Shown here: piece by piece, positions 1 to 12,829 of the stretch
Numbering within the stretch: the stretch's first letter is position 1
Layout of the letters: every line of letters begins with the position of its first letter
Assembly: GCF_006345805.1 (NCBI RefSeq)
Contig: NC_043000.1
Span: 108,314,001 to 108,378,000 of the forward strand
Source of the DNA: Octopus sinensis
Lineage: Eukaryota
Length of the DNA: 64,000 nt
Reading direction: 5' to 3'
Notes under the pieces: generated by a model
The model's database searches: none
What the model was told of the DNA's origin: nothing
What the model saw: the letters and a program-made list of their open reading frames with translations, nothing else
Translations under genes and position numbers: made by a program

Positions 1-229
1 CAAATAATATGGCCCGTTTAGTTCCTCTAAGTTTATCATAGTGGTTTCAAATTTTGCTGCAAGGCCAGCGCTTCGTGGGCGGGGTAAATCTTATTCTTTC
101 TTTGCTAATGAAATGCTAAAAATGAGTGAGGGTGTCATGAGCGAATAGTCAGAAGAAAAATAATCACACTCCTCGAAGAATATGACTTATTGATTGACAC
201 CCAGCATGATTTTTCACCAGAAAAAATCT

Positions 230-620
230 GCCTGATACCTCGCAAATCTACAACTGGGTGCTGAAGCAATTGCTCAACCACACAAATGTGGTTGTGATAT
301 TTTGATTTTATGGAGGCCTTCGATAAAATCTATCCCAAAAGATGCCTGATCAGGGTATAGTTGGAAAACTAACAGGTGGATACATGATTCCCAAATAGAT
401 AGAAGTCAAGCGATAGTAGCCAATGCGGTCATCTCAAAGGACACACATATTGGGACTAGCCTTTTGTATATTTAAACCTGTAACCTATCAAATCCATCAG
501 TTTCAAGAGCAAATATATTGTATGCATTCTTTGAATGGAGAGTGATCAAAATTTTGTTGCAATGTCCACTAGAAAGGATTTACAGTGAGGGGAGAGATTT
601 ATTATACTCAGACGAGGATT
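230..620 (+). mobile_element. Heavily decayed CR1/L2-like LINE reverse transcriptase fragment
   Basis: Frameshifted remnants resembling VDVIYFDF.KAFD (gtggttgtgatattttgattttatggaggccttcgataaa) and the region leading to GVPQG; many indels and stops. Confidence 0.5.
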
Positions 621-877
621 CGTTACAGCATTCCTCATCCAGTAATAGTGCCTGCGGCATTTCAATCTAATCTGAAACCAGATTTAGCGTCAAGTAAGAT
701 ATTATCTAGACTGTTGTTAGAATGATAAATTAAGAAGATATACTGCTTAAGAACAAATGTAGTAAAGCTACATACTCTGGCATAGACGCACACAAGCTGA
801 TACATGCAGACACACTCAAAGAAAGTTAAGTTAGAAATTACAATGGTTGATTCTTATTAATGCTTTAAGAAGTATTG

Positions 878-1060
878 ACAGCCGGTGTTGGTTTGTTTGT
901 GTCCCCGTAATTTAGCAGTTCGGCAAGAGACCGGTAGAAATGTATATCAAACGGTCGATCTATGCGGTCGATTCGTTGGACTAAACCTTTGAAAGCAGTG
1001 CCCCAGTTTGGCTGCAGTCCGACGACCAAGACAAGTAAACGATAAACGATAAAATGATAA
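878..1060 (+). mobile_element. 3' half of OR-like SINE
   Basis: Diverged match to the 3' half of the full copies at 14473-15018 and 49234-49676. Confidence 0.65.
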
Positions 1061-1103
1061 ACGATACAGACGTCAACAAATACACATGCACATACGCACG
1101 CAC

Positions 1104-1106
<3 letters not shown>

Positions 1107-1167
<61 letters not shown>
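1107..1167. repeat. (CA)n(CT)n compound microsatellite
   Basis: Seen directly. Confidence 0.98.
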
Positions 1168-1170
<3 letters not shown>

Positions 1171-1934
1171 TAGTTCTATAGGAGAAATATTATATGAATT
1201 AGGTAAATATCGAGAAGAGAATGATGATGCTAGTAAATATAAAAGAGTGGTGAAATATTATTCCATATTTAATCAATTCAAGACACTCGTATTAATAAAT
1301 TATGAATGAGAGCTTAAAGGCATGAAAATTCTGTACAAACTACAATATTGATCTTCTAAAGCTTTCATCGATTTCGTTTTGTTACCGGTTATATCATTGT
1401 AGTTAATTCGAAGAGTTTGAGAAGATTTTTCTCTTCACCAATCGATGAATGGCTGTATATCCTAAGTTTCGAATTAACTGTTGATATAAAACGTATTCAT
1501 ACATATTCATATGGTTTTATATGGAATATGGTAATATGAAGCTTTTCCTCACGGACGTCTGGATGAAAATGATCCAGACAGGAAAATTGAATTTGACAGT
1601 AAATTTGTTGTTAAAGAAAATCGTGCAGTTAATGAGATTTTTCTTTGTCTGGAGTAGAATATGATGCTCAGAATAATTAGCTCATTCTTCAGAAAGGTGC
1701 AAATTGTTCATTCTATTTAATCGAATGAAGAATTGCCCTACAGTTTAGTTTGTCTGCAGTTGCAGTAACGGGAAATTTACATAAAATGGTATGTAATTTA
1801 TTCACCGAAACAATTATGCGTATGCTTGTGTATCTGTAGACATAGAAGCATAATTATGTGCTTAAGACATTTGATTCTCTACCATGTGTTCATGTTCTGC
1901 AACTCAACTTGATTTCAAGCCGGGAGAAAACCGA

Positions 1935-2625
1935 CCAGGTAAAGGACTGGGTATCTTGGTGGATTCTTCCTTTTCGCCTTCGGCCCAATGCGTCCATGCT
2001 GCCAACAAAGCACGCGGGGTTCTGTTTTTGATTAGACGGTCATTCGGAATGCTCACAGCAGCCATATTCCTACCGCTCTATGTCACGCTGGTGAGACCCA
2101 TATTGGAGTACGGGATTCAAGCCTCTTCTCCTTAACTCCTCAAAGACATACAGCATCTCGAAAGAGTCCAGAAGCTGGCTACTCGCATGGTTCTTGGTCT
2201 CAAGCATTTGTCTTATGAAGAAAGGCTGAAGACGCTCGACCTTTATTCTCTCGAAAAACGACGACGCCGTGGTGATCTCATTCTCGCTCACAACATCATA
2301 AGCGGAAAGTGTAACCTCTCAAAAGAGCTGTTCTTTACTCCTGCTCCAGAGCGTCGTCTGCGGGGTCACTCCGAAAAGCTCTATCTGCGATGATTTCATC
2401 TCAATCGAAGGAGAGGGGCTTTCTCCGTCCGGGTTGCGGATCCGTGGAATAAGCTGCCGGACGAGATAGTGAAGATGCCGACGACCGCTCGGTTCAAAGT
2501 CTCTCTTGACCAGAAATGGCCTGAACTCTTTACATGAACACATTCCCTGTACATAACTCCATGTCCCCCTACATGGCCTTGCTTTTGCTTTTTGAGCCAA
2601 AAAATTAACTTAACTTAACTTAACT
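1935..2625 (+). mobile_element. 5'-truncated CR1-clade LINE 3' end (post-RT region, 3' UTR, tandem tail)
   Basis: One reading frame with two premature stops (TAA 2133-2135, TGA 2391-2393): LGILVDSSFSPSAQC..LYVTLVRPILEYG..LERVQKLATRMV..LSYEERLKTLDLYSLEKRRRRGDLI..RGHSEKL..FSVRVADPWNKLP. It ends in about four (TTAAC) repeats at 2605-2625, a CR1-type tail. Confidence 0.9.
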
Positions 2626-3949
2626 CTTTCACGGAATTCTGCCCCACAGCACGTCATGATAGGCAAGACCCTTCTTTCATTGAGTATCGGGATATCTAAT
2701 ACATAGTATATGACATGTAGTAGAATCCAGTCGTAGCAGAGACACACATGCTATCTCTAATTGTTTTACATGTATCAGTTATCGATCTATGAAACCCAGT
2801 ACTTAACTGAGTCTGGTATTTATTTATTTTCCTTTTGGTGAATTGAGAAATTTAGAGGTGGATAAGTACTGAAAAAAAGAGTAAATATAATCTGTCATGG
2901 AAATAAACACACACATACACACACATGCGCGCGTGGACACAGACGCATACACACGCACACACACATATATATACACACACATGCACGACAGCATTTAGGA
3001 TATCTGTCTGTGTAACATCAGCACCGTCTCAGATAAAAGAGCAATACTTCACAGATAAGTATTTTGCTCTTAAGCTCTCGTTGCGAACAGTAAATTAAAA
3101 GTCCCTTAATGTAAGAAATTAATGAAACGTAGAATGATCAGTTACAAGTTTGAAACATAAAAGGTCATACCACAACGGCCTTAAACGCATCCTCATTACG
3201 ATTTTGAGTTATTTTGGGGAGGCATGTGGAGTGTAAATAATGCTTTGAGGTGGAATGTAAAAATGTAGAATGCAAATATGTAGCTAAACGGTCTCCAGTG
3301 TGAGTACTATACAAGCGTCTGTCTCAAAACATACTATCAGTGAAATTTCGCTGATAGTTGTTACAAAACTACTGAACGGAAAATCAGTTGGGATAAACTG
3401 ATAGTCGGCTATTGGCAGAGAAATGCTGTGTTCTGCAGAGAGGTTTTATTAATTTACTGGTAATGGGAAAATTAACCCGAAATGTCAAACTAGCAGTCAG
3501 TTTCCCATACAACTCTCGTAACTGCAAAGCAAAGACATTCAAATGTTTTCCAGCAAAAATTTAAATCAGACTACATTATCCTATGTGTCTTCATTGCTGT
3601 AGTTTGATCCGAGGCAGGTTTGACCTCAGAAAACTGTAAAAAAAAAAAAAAAAGCGCTTTTGCCGTGAATAACCGGCTTTTTTTACAGAAACATTTTCCA
3701 ACATGCCATTACATTTTACAGGGGTGGCAATCTGTAATCCAATCTCAAACAGGTCGACCACCTATGACGAGGCACCGTTATTGGCTCATAATTTTTATGC
3801 ACTTTCTTAAGATGGTAGCTGTGGTTTATTGGTAAATGTAGCTGCTATTTCTATAAGATCCTTCAACCATACACAGGCTCCCACATACGTATATAGGGTT
3901 GGTAATAATTTGGTATATACGAGATATATATGTGTGTGAGTGTGTGTTT

Positions 3950-4015
<66 letters not shown>

Positions 4016-4488
4016 TGTGCGCGTTATTATGAGTATAAGCATCAATACGTGATTGAGTTTGTGTTTCTTCCTATTCTCACATTTCTTTTGCTTCTCACGT
4101 TAACAGAACCTGAACTGAAATGAGTTCCGGCAGAATATATTAATTCAATCCTATTCAATTCAGTAAGATATATTGTCATTGTATTTACAAGCAAATTTCT
4201 ATTGTATTGCAATAGTTACAATATCGATTGAAATACAATATTGAAAAAAATTATACAATTGTTGACAATGCGTTATTAAATACAGAGATATTACAAAATA
4301 ATAAAGAAAATAATAAAAACAAACATACTCGCGCGCACGCATTTACAACACACGCACGTATACATGGAGACAAGTATATATAACATCTATATGAATGTAT
4401 ATTATCTATCATATATATATATGTTAGAAACGAATTAAAATGTGAGTGATTAGTACAACATTGGATAATGAGGAATTTCTTTTAATAG

Positions 4489-4627
4489 AAGAGTGTTGTT
4501 AAATACAAAACCAAAGGTTTCTTGCGAATATACTCGCAATTGTTCAATTGGGGTTTGCATTATGTTGACAGCCAAGTCATCTTGTTGGATGTGAATGCAA
4601 ATGAGATTGCAAACGAGATTCCATGGG
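4489..4627 (+). CDS. Candidate internal exon of an unidentified host gene (phase 0 to 1)
   Basis: Acceptor tttcttttaatAG and donor G|GTAAGA. Open frame of 46 codons, KSVVKYKTKGFLRIYSQLFNWGLHYVDSQVILLDVNANEIANEIPW. No homology recognised. Confidence 0.3.
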
Positions 4628-5769
4628 GTAAGAGAAGTTACATAGCAAAAGGCTGAAAAATACAAACGGAAAGACATCGGAGCCTGTAGTATTGGTTGCT
4701 TCAGTGCCGAAACCCCTTACTGAGGAGGGGATCATTTATTGGTCAACAGGTTATTGTTTATAATGAGTGACTGAATAATAGATACGTTGTATATTCGTCA
4801 AGAGATCACAATGGCATTTCCATACCACTTTCGAAAGTTTTGGGAAAGATATACGAGGTTTCATGCAAGAAGTTGTATGCTGTATGCGTATGAGTGCATA
4901 TATGTCTGTGAAAGACAGTGGCTGAAGTACATAATGTTAAGTTTACGACCGCTTGTTTATTACTGTTTTTTATGAAAATGTAAGATCTAATTAGCATATT
5001 TGTACAAAATAGGCTATCCATTAATACCCTAGCCTAATCTATGACTGCTTTATATATCAGCCTGTCTAGGTTACTGATCAAGAATGAAGATGCATAAGTT
5101 TTCTCGAAAGAGTGATGAATAAAACATGAAACTGTCTGTTAGTAGACACCCTCACTCATTTGTAGTATTTCATTAGCAAAGAAAGAATAAGTTTACATTC
5201 ATATTTATCCCGCAGTGAGGCTTTGTAATTAATGTTAAAACTCTAAATAATATTTGTGCTGTACCTATTGGTGCTATTTTTCTATATATTGTGTATGTAA
5301 ATCCTGAGTTTTGGATATGTATTTGATACATTATTATTTTTATTTCACGTAAAACATTTGGTGGTTTCGTATCCGCCTTCGATGCACACATTCAGTGGAT
5401 ATCTATTTCTAGAGTAGTATATTTGGATAATTTCGCCATTGTTATCAGAGATACATTGCCGAAATGAAACATAGATTAGGAAATATTACTTTTCCACGTG
5501 GTCTTTCACAATACTATCTGTACGATACACTTGATATTCCTGTCTGTGTGAAGTGACATACACCAGGGTCTGGTCAATAAATCAGTATCATAATTTGTCT
5601 GCCGGTATTTCATAAAGCTAGTATCATTTCCAGTCTATGGATGATCCAAATCTCTTTTCAGTTTCTCTCCCTTCCCCACTCACATACAGAATGGCTATCT
5701 CCATATCTAATTTTATCTCGCTACACACACACACACGCATACACACACACACATACATACATACAGGCA

Positions 5770-5995
5770 AACCGATACCGAAAATCGAATTCAGAAAAAA
5801 ATTGACGAAAATCAAAGGGACGTTCACAGTGAATATTATTAATTTCTCGGTCGATGAAAGTATTCGAGGGAAAGTTAAAAGTAAAAGTACGACGTTTCGG
5901 GCATGGTCCTTCGTGGTAAAAATTGAGCAAAGTCCAGAGAAGACGAAAAAGGGGAAAGACAGTAAGATGGGAACAGAGAAAAAGGAGAAAAGCAC
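5770..5995 (-). mobile_element. Penelope-like element terminal fragment with decayed hammerhead-like core
   Basis: Same layout as 54560-54740. The minus strand reads ..CCACGAAggaccatgcccGAAACGT at 5891-5916. Confidence 0.4.
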
Positions 5996-6019
5996 TTGGG
6001 TACATACATTGTTTTATTG

Positions 6020-6240
6020 TTTTATTCTTTTACTTGTTTCAGGCATTTCTGTGCGACCATACTCGAGGGTTTTGGTCGAACCACCTCAAGGACTTATATT
6101 TCTTAAGCCAGGTACTTATTCTATCGGTCTCTTATGGCGAACTGCTCCAAGCGGAGAACGAACAGAGTCAACGACTATTGGAAATTTTGCAAGACGTAAC
6201 GAAAAACAACGAATTAAATGAGTGTAAATTGAACCAGTGA
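6020..6240 (-). mobile_element. 3' half of OR-like SINE
   Basis: ttattcttttacttgtttcag..tacttattctatcggtctc is the reverse complement of the SINE tail at 14895-15018. Confidence 0.75.
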
Positions 6241-6352
6241 GTGTGTTAAATAATAAGGCACAAAAAAGAAGAGAATAAGACTCCCCAGACACAACAAAAT
6301 ATGCTCCAACACACTAACTTACATAAACAATTCTACAAACCAAAAGCAAAAC

Positions 6353-6353
<1 letters not shown>

Positions 6354-6415
<62 letters not shown>

Positions 6416-6717
6416 TAGAAAAAAAACACCTTTTATCAATTCAAAATGAAAAATTTAATATAATAGAAATATTAAATATAGGATAAAAGATATAACGACG
6501 ATTTAGTAATGTGCAAAATAATAAATAAAACGTATATATTTGGTAGAATAACGAAACGTGGTTCATGGGTATATTTAAGAAATGATTATAGTAAAAATAT
6601 TAGTAGTAGTATAGCCACTCATCAGGTTAAAGATAACTACAATAATAAAATAATTAATAAATATACATAAATAATATTTTAAAAATAAATATATTCTTTA
6701 ATATATATATATAAATG

Positions 6718-6803
<86 letters not shown>
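6354..6803. repeat. (TA)n microsatellites and AT-rich low-complexity tract
   Basis: Long TA runs at about 6354-6411 and 6700-6803. Confidence 0.95.
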
Positions 6804-6804
<1 letters not shown>

Positions 6805-6989
6805 AGATACAGAGTATACATTAAGTGAAACCTAAATACAACACGTTAAACTATATGCTTTAAATCAAATTATTAATTAATATTAATAATAATATATTTA
6901 TTTATTAAACTTCCAAATAAAGTCTAAAACTCATTTAGCAATTAATACTAAAAACCTTAATATCAATTAATATACACAATGCTACTACA

Positions 6990-7240
6990 GAAGCGAAGGC
7001 TCTGATCTTGGTATGATGCCACATCTATTCTCCAAGACCTACAACGATCACGATCCAGCGATCCATAGAGAAAGTCATGACGACCTCACAAATCAGACAA
7101 TCGGCAACTTGAACTTATCAATGGAACTCCATCCACCGTATAGCTCGGATCTGAGACCCTCCAGCTTCTATCTGCTTCGTCCAATAAATTACGGTCTATA
7201 ACAGTGCAAACCTAAAATTTTTCAAAGAGGATTCAAGATT
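6990..7240 (+). mobile_element. Decayed mariner transposase fragment
   Basis: ORF 7013-7201 contains HPPYSSDLRPSSFYLL, matching the mariner HPPYSPDLAPSDFHLF motif. Confidence 0.6.
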
Positions 7241-7290
7241 AGGATTTAGCAACAGTCCAAATGCATAATGTTTCATTTGGACCGTTTATT

Positions 7291-7368
7291 AGAGTAACGC
7301 TTTCTCTATAGTCATTGCAGTCTCAAAAATATTTGAGACTGCAGTGAATATAGAGAAAATGTTACTCT
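7291..7368. other. Near-perfect 37-bp-arm palindrome (hairpin)
   Basis: Arms 7291-7327 and 7332-7368 are reverse complements with 4 differences and a 4-nt loop. Confidence 0.9.
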
Positions 7369-7677
7369 ACTAACATGCACAATTTCAACGACATACGTCT
7401 GTTAATAAAAAGTTTATGCCGACTTTTTAATTACTTTTCGTTTAATCTTCATTTATGTACATAAGTCTATTCAAATTTCTCCAGACATTAATTACATCAC
7501 GTTACCTGTAGTCACTGTACTTAACATTAAACATTAATTAATAACTGAAACAAATTTAAATATTTATTTTAGTCTCTTTTAGTATAGATTTTCTTGTTTA
7601 CCAGTATATTTCAATATAAACTAGACAGTCATAAACAGTGTGCTTGATTGTTTTTTTATAGCTATGTTAAATATTAG

Positions 7678-7873
7678 CTTCAAATTTTGATAAAAAGCTA
7701 GCATTGTCGAGGGAAGTGGCTTAGTCGATTACATCGACCCTAATTTTCGACTGGTTCTTATTTTATCGACCACGAAAGGCACTTTGGTGGAATTTGAACT
7801 CAGAACGTAAAGGCAGACGAAATCCTGCTAAGCATTTTGCTTGGCGTGCTGGCAATTCTGCCACCTCACCACC
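7678..7873 (-). mobile_element. OK-like tRNA-derived SINE
   Basis: gtcgattacatcgaccc..ggaatttgaactcagaacgta..gctaagcattttg core shared with many copies in the window. Confidence 0.85.
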
Positions 7874-7999
7874 AGAATTATGTTTAATATTCATTATAAG
7901 TTTAGGGTAGGTTCTAACAAAAAAATGTAATGTATCACAATCGAAACTACGTCAATCTCATCACTGAACATTGTACCTTAATAGTCAATTTTTCGTCCA

Positions 8000-9930
8000 T
8001 TTGTCGTTTTATTTTTAATACTGCTAGGTCTCAATGATATAGAGCGTTTCTTACCCTTCTTACACTGAAATACCGTAACCATAATTTCACTTTAGATTTG
8101 ATTTATACCAGCTTTCGTTGATATTTCTCCTTTCTCTACGCAACTTTCTGTAACCTCAACCTCTGATTTATATTTTGGAGAATTATTTTGCTTTGCTGAC
8201 ATTTTTAGCTGTTTATATAAAGTTTCCTTCATTTTGTACTTGCTAATTCAGTAATTTAGTGTTAATTATATTATATAAATTATAACTAGAGCATTGATAC
8301 ATATAACCTTATTCTTAAGTTTAGGCATGATTTAGATATTTAATCAAATGCATCTATATCATTCCATCTTAACATTTTCTTTCATTTTTGTCTGTACGGC
8401 TCTGTCTTGTTCATTAATCTCTAATTATTTGCTAGTATGGTTTTGGTTTAATTGTCTTATTACTGCTTTTATATGTATGGTGACCTTAATGATTTTTATT
8501 AATGTTCCCCTCTCCAATGTTTTCCTGGTGCATTTTCTGAAGTGAATTTCAAGTTCATTTTTTTTACTGTATCCGACTACTATTTGTAGAAGTGTTTCCA
8601 ACTGTTTATCATCTACAGCATATTAATTTAGGGCATTCATATCTTGAATTAAATAAAGCAGAAAAATGCTGCATTGTCCGTACATAGTATTTTTATCAGA
8701 TTCCAGTCGGTTTAGCATATGCTGTAAAGATAATATCAATAAATGGAATGATGAATGTAAAGTTCCGTTTCTTATACGGGTGGGACTGAGTTCTGATCTT
8801 ATACAGAATTGATATTTGTTCTTAGCATTTCTGATATACCTCCTTGTTACTGGTTGTACTTTATCATGACAAAGATCCCTATCAAATAAGTTTTAATTAT
8901 TTTAAAACTGGAATTTTCCATCGTTGCACTTTCTATTATTTTCCACTTCCTGTTGTTAATTTGTGTAACATCTTGTGTTATTATTTGTTAAAGTTATTCT
9001 TCTATATTGTTTTCAAAGATTTTTATCAGGTGTGATACATTCGCCAACTAATATTCTTCCTTCAAATTCTTCTTCCTCATTTGCTGCTGTCGGTATTGCT
9101 TGTTTTTCTATTTTGTGTTTACCTACTTCTTGGTAAAAGTATCATGAAAAGTGCTATGAAAAGTGCTTTTTGTCACATATTATGGGCGACTGATTTAATG
9201 AAGCACTCTTGTTTTAGGAGGTTCTTTGATTTTAGTTAGTTATTTAGCATTTTTTTCCTGTAGCCTTTCTCACTCTTTCTGGTTTGGTGTCTTTGTGCGT
9301 TGTTGATTTCATTAAATATTGAGGACATTTTAGTTTTATCATCATTATCTCTTTCACATTATGTTTCTTTCTCACGTTGTTTGGTTGGACATAAACGTTT
9401 TTGTATGAAGAGTTTTGAGGAAGTTCTTAATTTCCTTCGTCACTACTGCAGTTGCTACATCGATTATATGATTCATGCTGGAGATATTGATGATCGATTA
9501 TTGTTTAACTATGCCCACGACTGTCACATTTGCTTTCTTTATTGTTGTTGGTATTTCATCGTTCGTTGGTCCAGAGTAAGATCTATCGATTTTAATTCTC
9601 TAACTATTGGCATTCTCAAAAATTCAATCTATAGAATTTTCTATTCTTAAATCTTTCTAAAACATCATTTCATTCAAACTTTTACTTGTGTAACTCTGGT
9701 TCGGAATATGCTACTCCGTTTTCTGTGGATAGAGACACATCTCGTTTATGGGCATCTTTATATTCCTTTATTATATTTGTTTGCATGTGCTAGATCCATT
9801 TACTCGATCTGCATTCTCAATTTTTTTTTATATAAATGTTTTCTTTCTGTTTGTATATTTGTTGTATGCGTTTTTATTGTGTATTCTTTCTTTTAAGTGT
9901 TCAAGTCCTATGATCTGTATCTTTTGGTTT
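8000..9930 (-). mobile_element. Decayed R4/Dong-type non-LTR reverse transcriptase
   Basis: Strongly purine-rich minus strand with eroded RT motifs, e.g. ..KLYAVDDKQLETLLQIV.. resembling MDDLKLYGKNEKELDSL; many stops. Confidence 0.6.
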
Positions 9931-10276
9931 TGAAAATGTTTATTCCTAAACCAGTATGGTTAATACCACCTAAGAGTATTACCTCCTCGGTTGCGGAACT
10001 CTAGTCGTGAAAACGTATTTAGACAATCATATTTTGATCAAGTATCAACAAATTTCAACGTATTTCAACGTATTTGTTTCTGTCGATTTGGAATTACTAC
10101 GTCCATCTTGTAATCATGCATTTTCTTATTAACCGTAGGTCAAATTGTAGGGTGTTTTTGTATTTTTAATGCTTTTACATGTGGTGGCTAATCGTCTGTT
10201 ACTGTCATCATTCGAAATACATTTGTCGTTAGGCGCCAAGTCAATCGTGACCAAGCAGTCCTACACCACACAGAAT

Positions 10277-10652
10277 GGAGGCGAATGGGCCAGTGGTTAG
10301 GGCTACGGACTCGCGGTTGTAGGATCGTGGTTTCGATTCCCACTGGGTGTTGTAAGTGTTTATTGAGCGAAAAGACCCAAAGCTCCACGAGGCCCCGGCA
10401 GAGGATGGTGGTGAGCTCTGCTGTACACTTCCACCACAACTGTCTCTCACTCTTTCTTCCTGCTTCTGTTGTAGCTGTATTTCAAAGGGCCAGCCTTGTC
10501 ACACTCTGTGTCACGCTGAATCTCCCCGAGAACTGCGTTAAGGGTACACGTGTCTGTGGAGTGCTCAGCCACTTGCACGTTAATTTCACGAGCAGGATGT
10601 TCCGCTGATCGGATCAACTGGAGCCCTCGTCGTCGTAACCGACGGAGTGCCA
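10277..10652 (+). mobile_element. tRNA-derived SINE (distinct family)
   Basis: Head with Pol III A-box-like TGGGCCAGTGG and B-box-like GTTTCGATTCC, then a GC-rich body; no complete cloverleaf. Confidence 0.8.
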
Positions 10653-11441
10653 CGACACCACGCAGAAAATCAGCCGAACGACGAGTGCGACCTACAAATC
10701 TTCCAGATATACTGAATGCATGAAGAGTTGATTGTATGAAGTATGACCCTAAACTTTATATAGGATTCGGCATGTCAGTCTGGACATACTACACTCTCTC
10801 CATAGATCACCCATTCCCAATACACCCTATAAGTCCTGGGGGTTGTCACAGCGAAAACAGACAATGTGAGCTGAGAGAGCGTGATAGTTGCTGTTCTTAT
10901 GCACAGTACTTAGGGCTGATATGATTATTAGTTTTGTAGATATTTCTGTGCATATGTGTTATTTACGCTTGTTCTGATTGAATAGGACAGGTAGCGTTTC
11001 GGAGGATATTGTTATAGTAGTATTCTCGAGTGTTGCATATGTACCTGGCTACTTAAAGAAGGCTTTTCATTTAGTGACTTAGATTGTAGAATTTGAATTT
11101 TGCTCCAAAAACAAACTGTACCACTCACATGGCACACTCAGGTGGCTATTCATATCTTTTATTTTCATTTCATTTTGTCGGTGGTCTGTTGAAGTGGCCT
11201 GTGTCAATTCGTGCACTGTCTTGTCTTCTTTGTAGTTTATTGTGGTTTGTGGTAGAGAGATTAGGGGAATCAAATTAGACCGGCACAGTTCATGATTAAT
11301 CAAATGTATTGTGAGTACACCACTGTTGCTTTTCTTTTCTTTTTGTTAAGTGTAATGCATGGGATTATTCTAAGAATGCTTCTGAGTTGTTTTACTTTCT
11401 TTTCTGTAAAACTACGAATGCTGGAAAGCATTTTGAGAATG

Positions 11442-11498
<57 letters not shown>

Positions 11499-11836
11499 GC
11501 TAAGTTTATATTTTTGAATTAGCAGAAATGTTAATGGAAGAAGCAGCTACGCAGTTAATCAATCAACAAGAAACTGTAGCGAGTTCTTTCTCAACTGCTC
11601 CTGCCTTCCATAGTATTCTGCAATAAATTACTTCTACGTGGCATAAAACAATAAAATTCCCCTCGTAAGTTAATCCCTTTACGTCGTTGTTATACCCGTT
11701 TTTATCTCTATCTATGTTCGTGGATATTTTCCGAAGCAGTGTAGGGAAATATGAAGAATGAAGCCTTTTATTGTTTGGCCCAATGCTCTAAGCCTTCGAT
11801 GATTTTTTTATATTAGTTCATTTAATCTCTGGCTAG

Positions 11837-11934
11837 GATTGCAGCAGATCACCATATATCTAAATATTTTCTGTTTGTATCAAATAATTATTATGAGCAC
11901 AACAGGTATAACCAGGATGGAAGTTCGAAATGCA
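11837..11934 (+). CDS. Weak candidate exon (phase 1 to 0); alternative acceptor at 11905
   Basis: ggctAG acceptor, open frame LQQITIYLNIFCLYQIIIMSTTGITRMEVRNA, donor GCA|GTGAGT. Confidence 0.2.
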
Positions 11935-11971
11935 GTGAGTTTCCTGGTGTTCATAAATAAGCTTTTTAATT

Positions 11972-12175
11972 CCTTATTTCTTTATTGCCCACAAGGGGCT
12001 AAACACAGAGGGGACAAACAAGGACAGACATAGGTATTAAGTCGATTACATCGACCCCCGTGCCTAACTGGTACTTAATTTATCGACCCCGAAAGGATGA
12101 AAGGCAAAGTCGACCTCGGCGGAATTTGAACTCACAACGTAACGCAGACGAAATACCGTTAAGCATTTCGCCGCC
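11972..12175 (-). mobile_element. OK-like SINE, well preserved, with internal deletion near the head
   Basis: Nearly identical to 45068-45298. Confidence 0.92.
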
Positions 12176-12330
12176 TTTTTAATTCCCTTAATCTTCAATA
12201 TACTATATTGAGTTCACAGGTTTTATTTAGAGATAACTCCTATAATTATACTTTGTTTTTGTATCTTGTTTGCGAGAGTCATGTGAGCTCTTGTGTTTAA
12301 ACAAATTTTGTTATATCTAGGGAGAGTCAT

Positions 12331-12578
12331 TATGTCAATATCAATAACACACGCACTGGTTCAATTCCATTTCTTTATTGGTTGAATATCCAACGAACTA
12401 ATCGATTGTCGGTTTAACTTGACTACACAGTAAGTCATTTGTTTTGTTTTTTCTCTCGTCAAAGCTCTTTCGTTACTAAACAAAGAGGAATTACGGATTA
12501 GTTAGTTGGATATTTAACTAAGTGACTAATAATAAAAAATGGAAATGAACCAGTGCGTGTGTTATTGATATTGTCATA
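12331..12578. mobile_element. MITE-like element with ~48-bp terminal inverted repeats
   Basis: tatgtcaatatcaataacacacgcactggttcaattccat.. at 12331 mirrors ..atggaaatgaaccagtgcgtgtgttattgatattgtcata ending at 12578. Confidence 0.75.
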
Positions 12579-12829
12579 TAATCATATTTATACTTCTTAT
12601 TGCTGATGTTGAGTTTCAGTTTTCAGTTAGTTTGTCTCTGTTATACAACCCATTCCAAGTATTTTCATTGATATAAGTTGTATATTTTCAGTTTGATAAA
12701 AGCGTATTTGTGTAGACCTGTGTCTTCGAATCCTTTGTTATCAGTCTCTAAATCTAACAGATTTAACATTTTAGTTTATTTGATTCTTGTTAGGTTACTA
12801 TGACACAACACACGTCCGTCTAGTCTTGT

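Noticed and set aside
4107-4162. Exon-like segment with a strong acceptor and GTAAGA donor
   Set aside because: Stops in all three frames; at best a non-coding exon, and unsupported.
4450-4677. Minus-strand ORF containing WNLVC, reminiscent of SLC22 transporters
   Set aside because: Only a 5-residue resemblance; the downstream SLC22 motifs and splice signals are absent.
5637-6221. 194-aa plus-strand ORF
   Set aside because: It runs across a CA repeat, a Penelope-like terminus and a reversed SINE tail; a chance read-through.
10277-10350. tRNA-like heads here and at 18860-18920 and 22325-22391
   Set aside because: A/B boxes are present but there is no full acceptor stem, and each continues into a SINE body; not tRNA genes.
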